This document shows, one piece after another, positions 63,482-64,000 of a DNA stretch of 64,000 nucleotides (its first letter is position 1; every line of letters begins with the position of its first letter). The notes under the pieces are model-generated. The model searched no databases. It worked only from the letters and a program-made list of their open reading frames with translations, and was not told where the DNA came from. Position numbers and translations under genes: made by a program. Source of the stretch: Eledone cirrhosa (Eukaryota); the NCBI GenBank assembly GCA_964016885.1, contig OZ024761.1, forward strand, positions 10,912,001-10,976,000, given 5' to 3'.

Positions 63482-63547
63482 TATTTTATTATATATATTT
63501 CAGAGGTACTGTGCTGTTTCCTCAGTACGTCCTCATCAGATAAAATA
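63482..63547 (-). ncRNA. Type I hammerhead ribozyme motif (copy H; same subfamily as 1314-1375)
   Basis: TATTTTAT-CTGATGA-GGA C GTACTG..CAGTAC C TCT-GAAA-TATATA-TA-ATAAAATA. Confidence 0.8.
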
Positions 63548-63699
63548 AATTGATGTGTGACATACCTCAACTGTGCTGATGGTTCAATTCCAGTCTTGGC
63601 AGTGATTAGTTATGACAAAACTCAGTCTTTATATAGCATAAGTTGTAACATGACAAACTACATATAATGGAGAGGGTACGTAGGAAAACGTTATATATA

Positions 63700-64000
63700 T
63701 ATATACACATGGCTTGTATATATATATATATATACATGGCTTGTATATATATATATACATGGCTTGTGTATATATATATATATATACATGGCTTGTATAT
63801 ATATATATATATACATGGCTTGTATATATATATATATACATGGCTTGTATATATATATATATATATATACATGGCTTGTATATATATATATATATACATG
63901 GCTTGTATATATATATATATATATATATACATGGCTTGTATATCATCATCATCATCATATATATATATATATACATGGCTTGTATATATATATATACATG
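63700..64000. repeat. VNTR CATGGCTTG(TA)n
   Basis: Directly visible. Confidence 0.92.

Overview
Eukaryotic, extremely repeat-rich animal DNA. The (TA)n/(CA)n microsatellite load and the SINE/RTE repertoire suggest an octopod cephalopod (inference). Two host genes are recognisable, arranged divergently: two coding exons of a sulfonylurea-receptor (ABCC8/9-like) gene on the minus strand (7456-7635, 4718-4774) and exons 1-2 of SUPT4H1/Spt4 on the plus strand (48746-48814, 60325-60431). The 11.5-kb Spt4 intron 1 is almost entirely two satellites (54-bp and 65-bp units). A near-intact 5.65-kb Tx1/L1-clade LINE (10587-16240) sits inside the internal 72-bp tandem array of a TTAA-flanked, piggyBac-like non-autonomous element (9017-17217); an inverted sister element lies at 19688-20876. 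The most striking hidden signal is a dispersed family of at least 8 type-I hammerhead-ribozyme motifs. They share an invariant core, a tiny self-complementary stem III (ATATRTAT), covarying stems I/II and a conserved C at stem II position 4 (mispaired). They lie in short, often fold-back cassettes between (TA)n tracts, resembling Penelope-derived or retrozyme-like elements. Almost all long ORFs in the supplied track are satellite or microsatellite artefacts. A 200-N assembly gap lies at 22375-22574.
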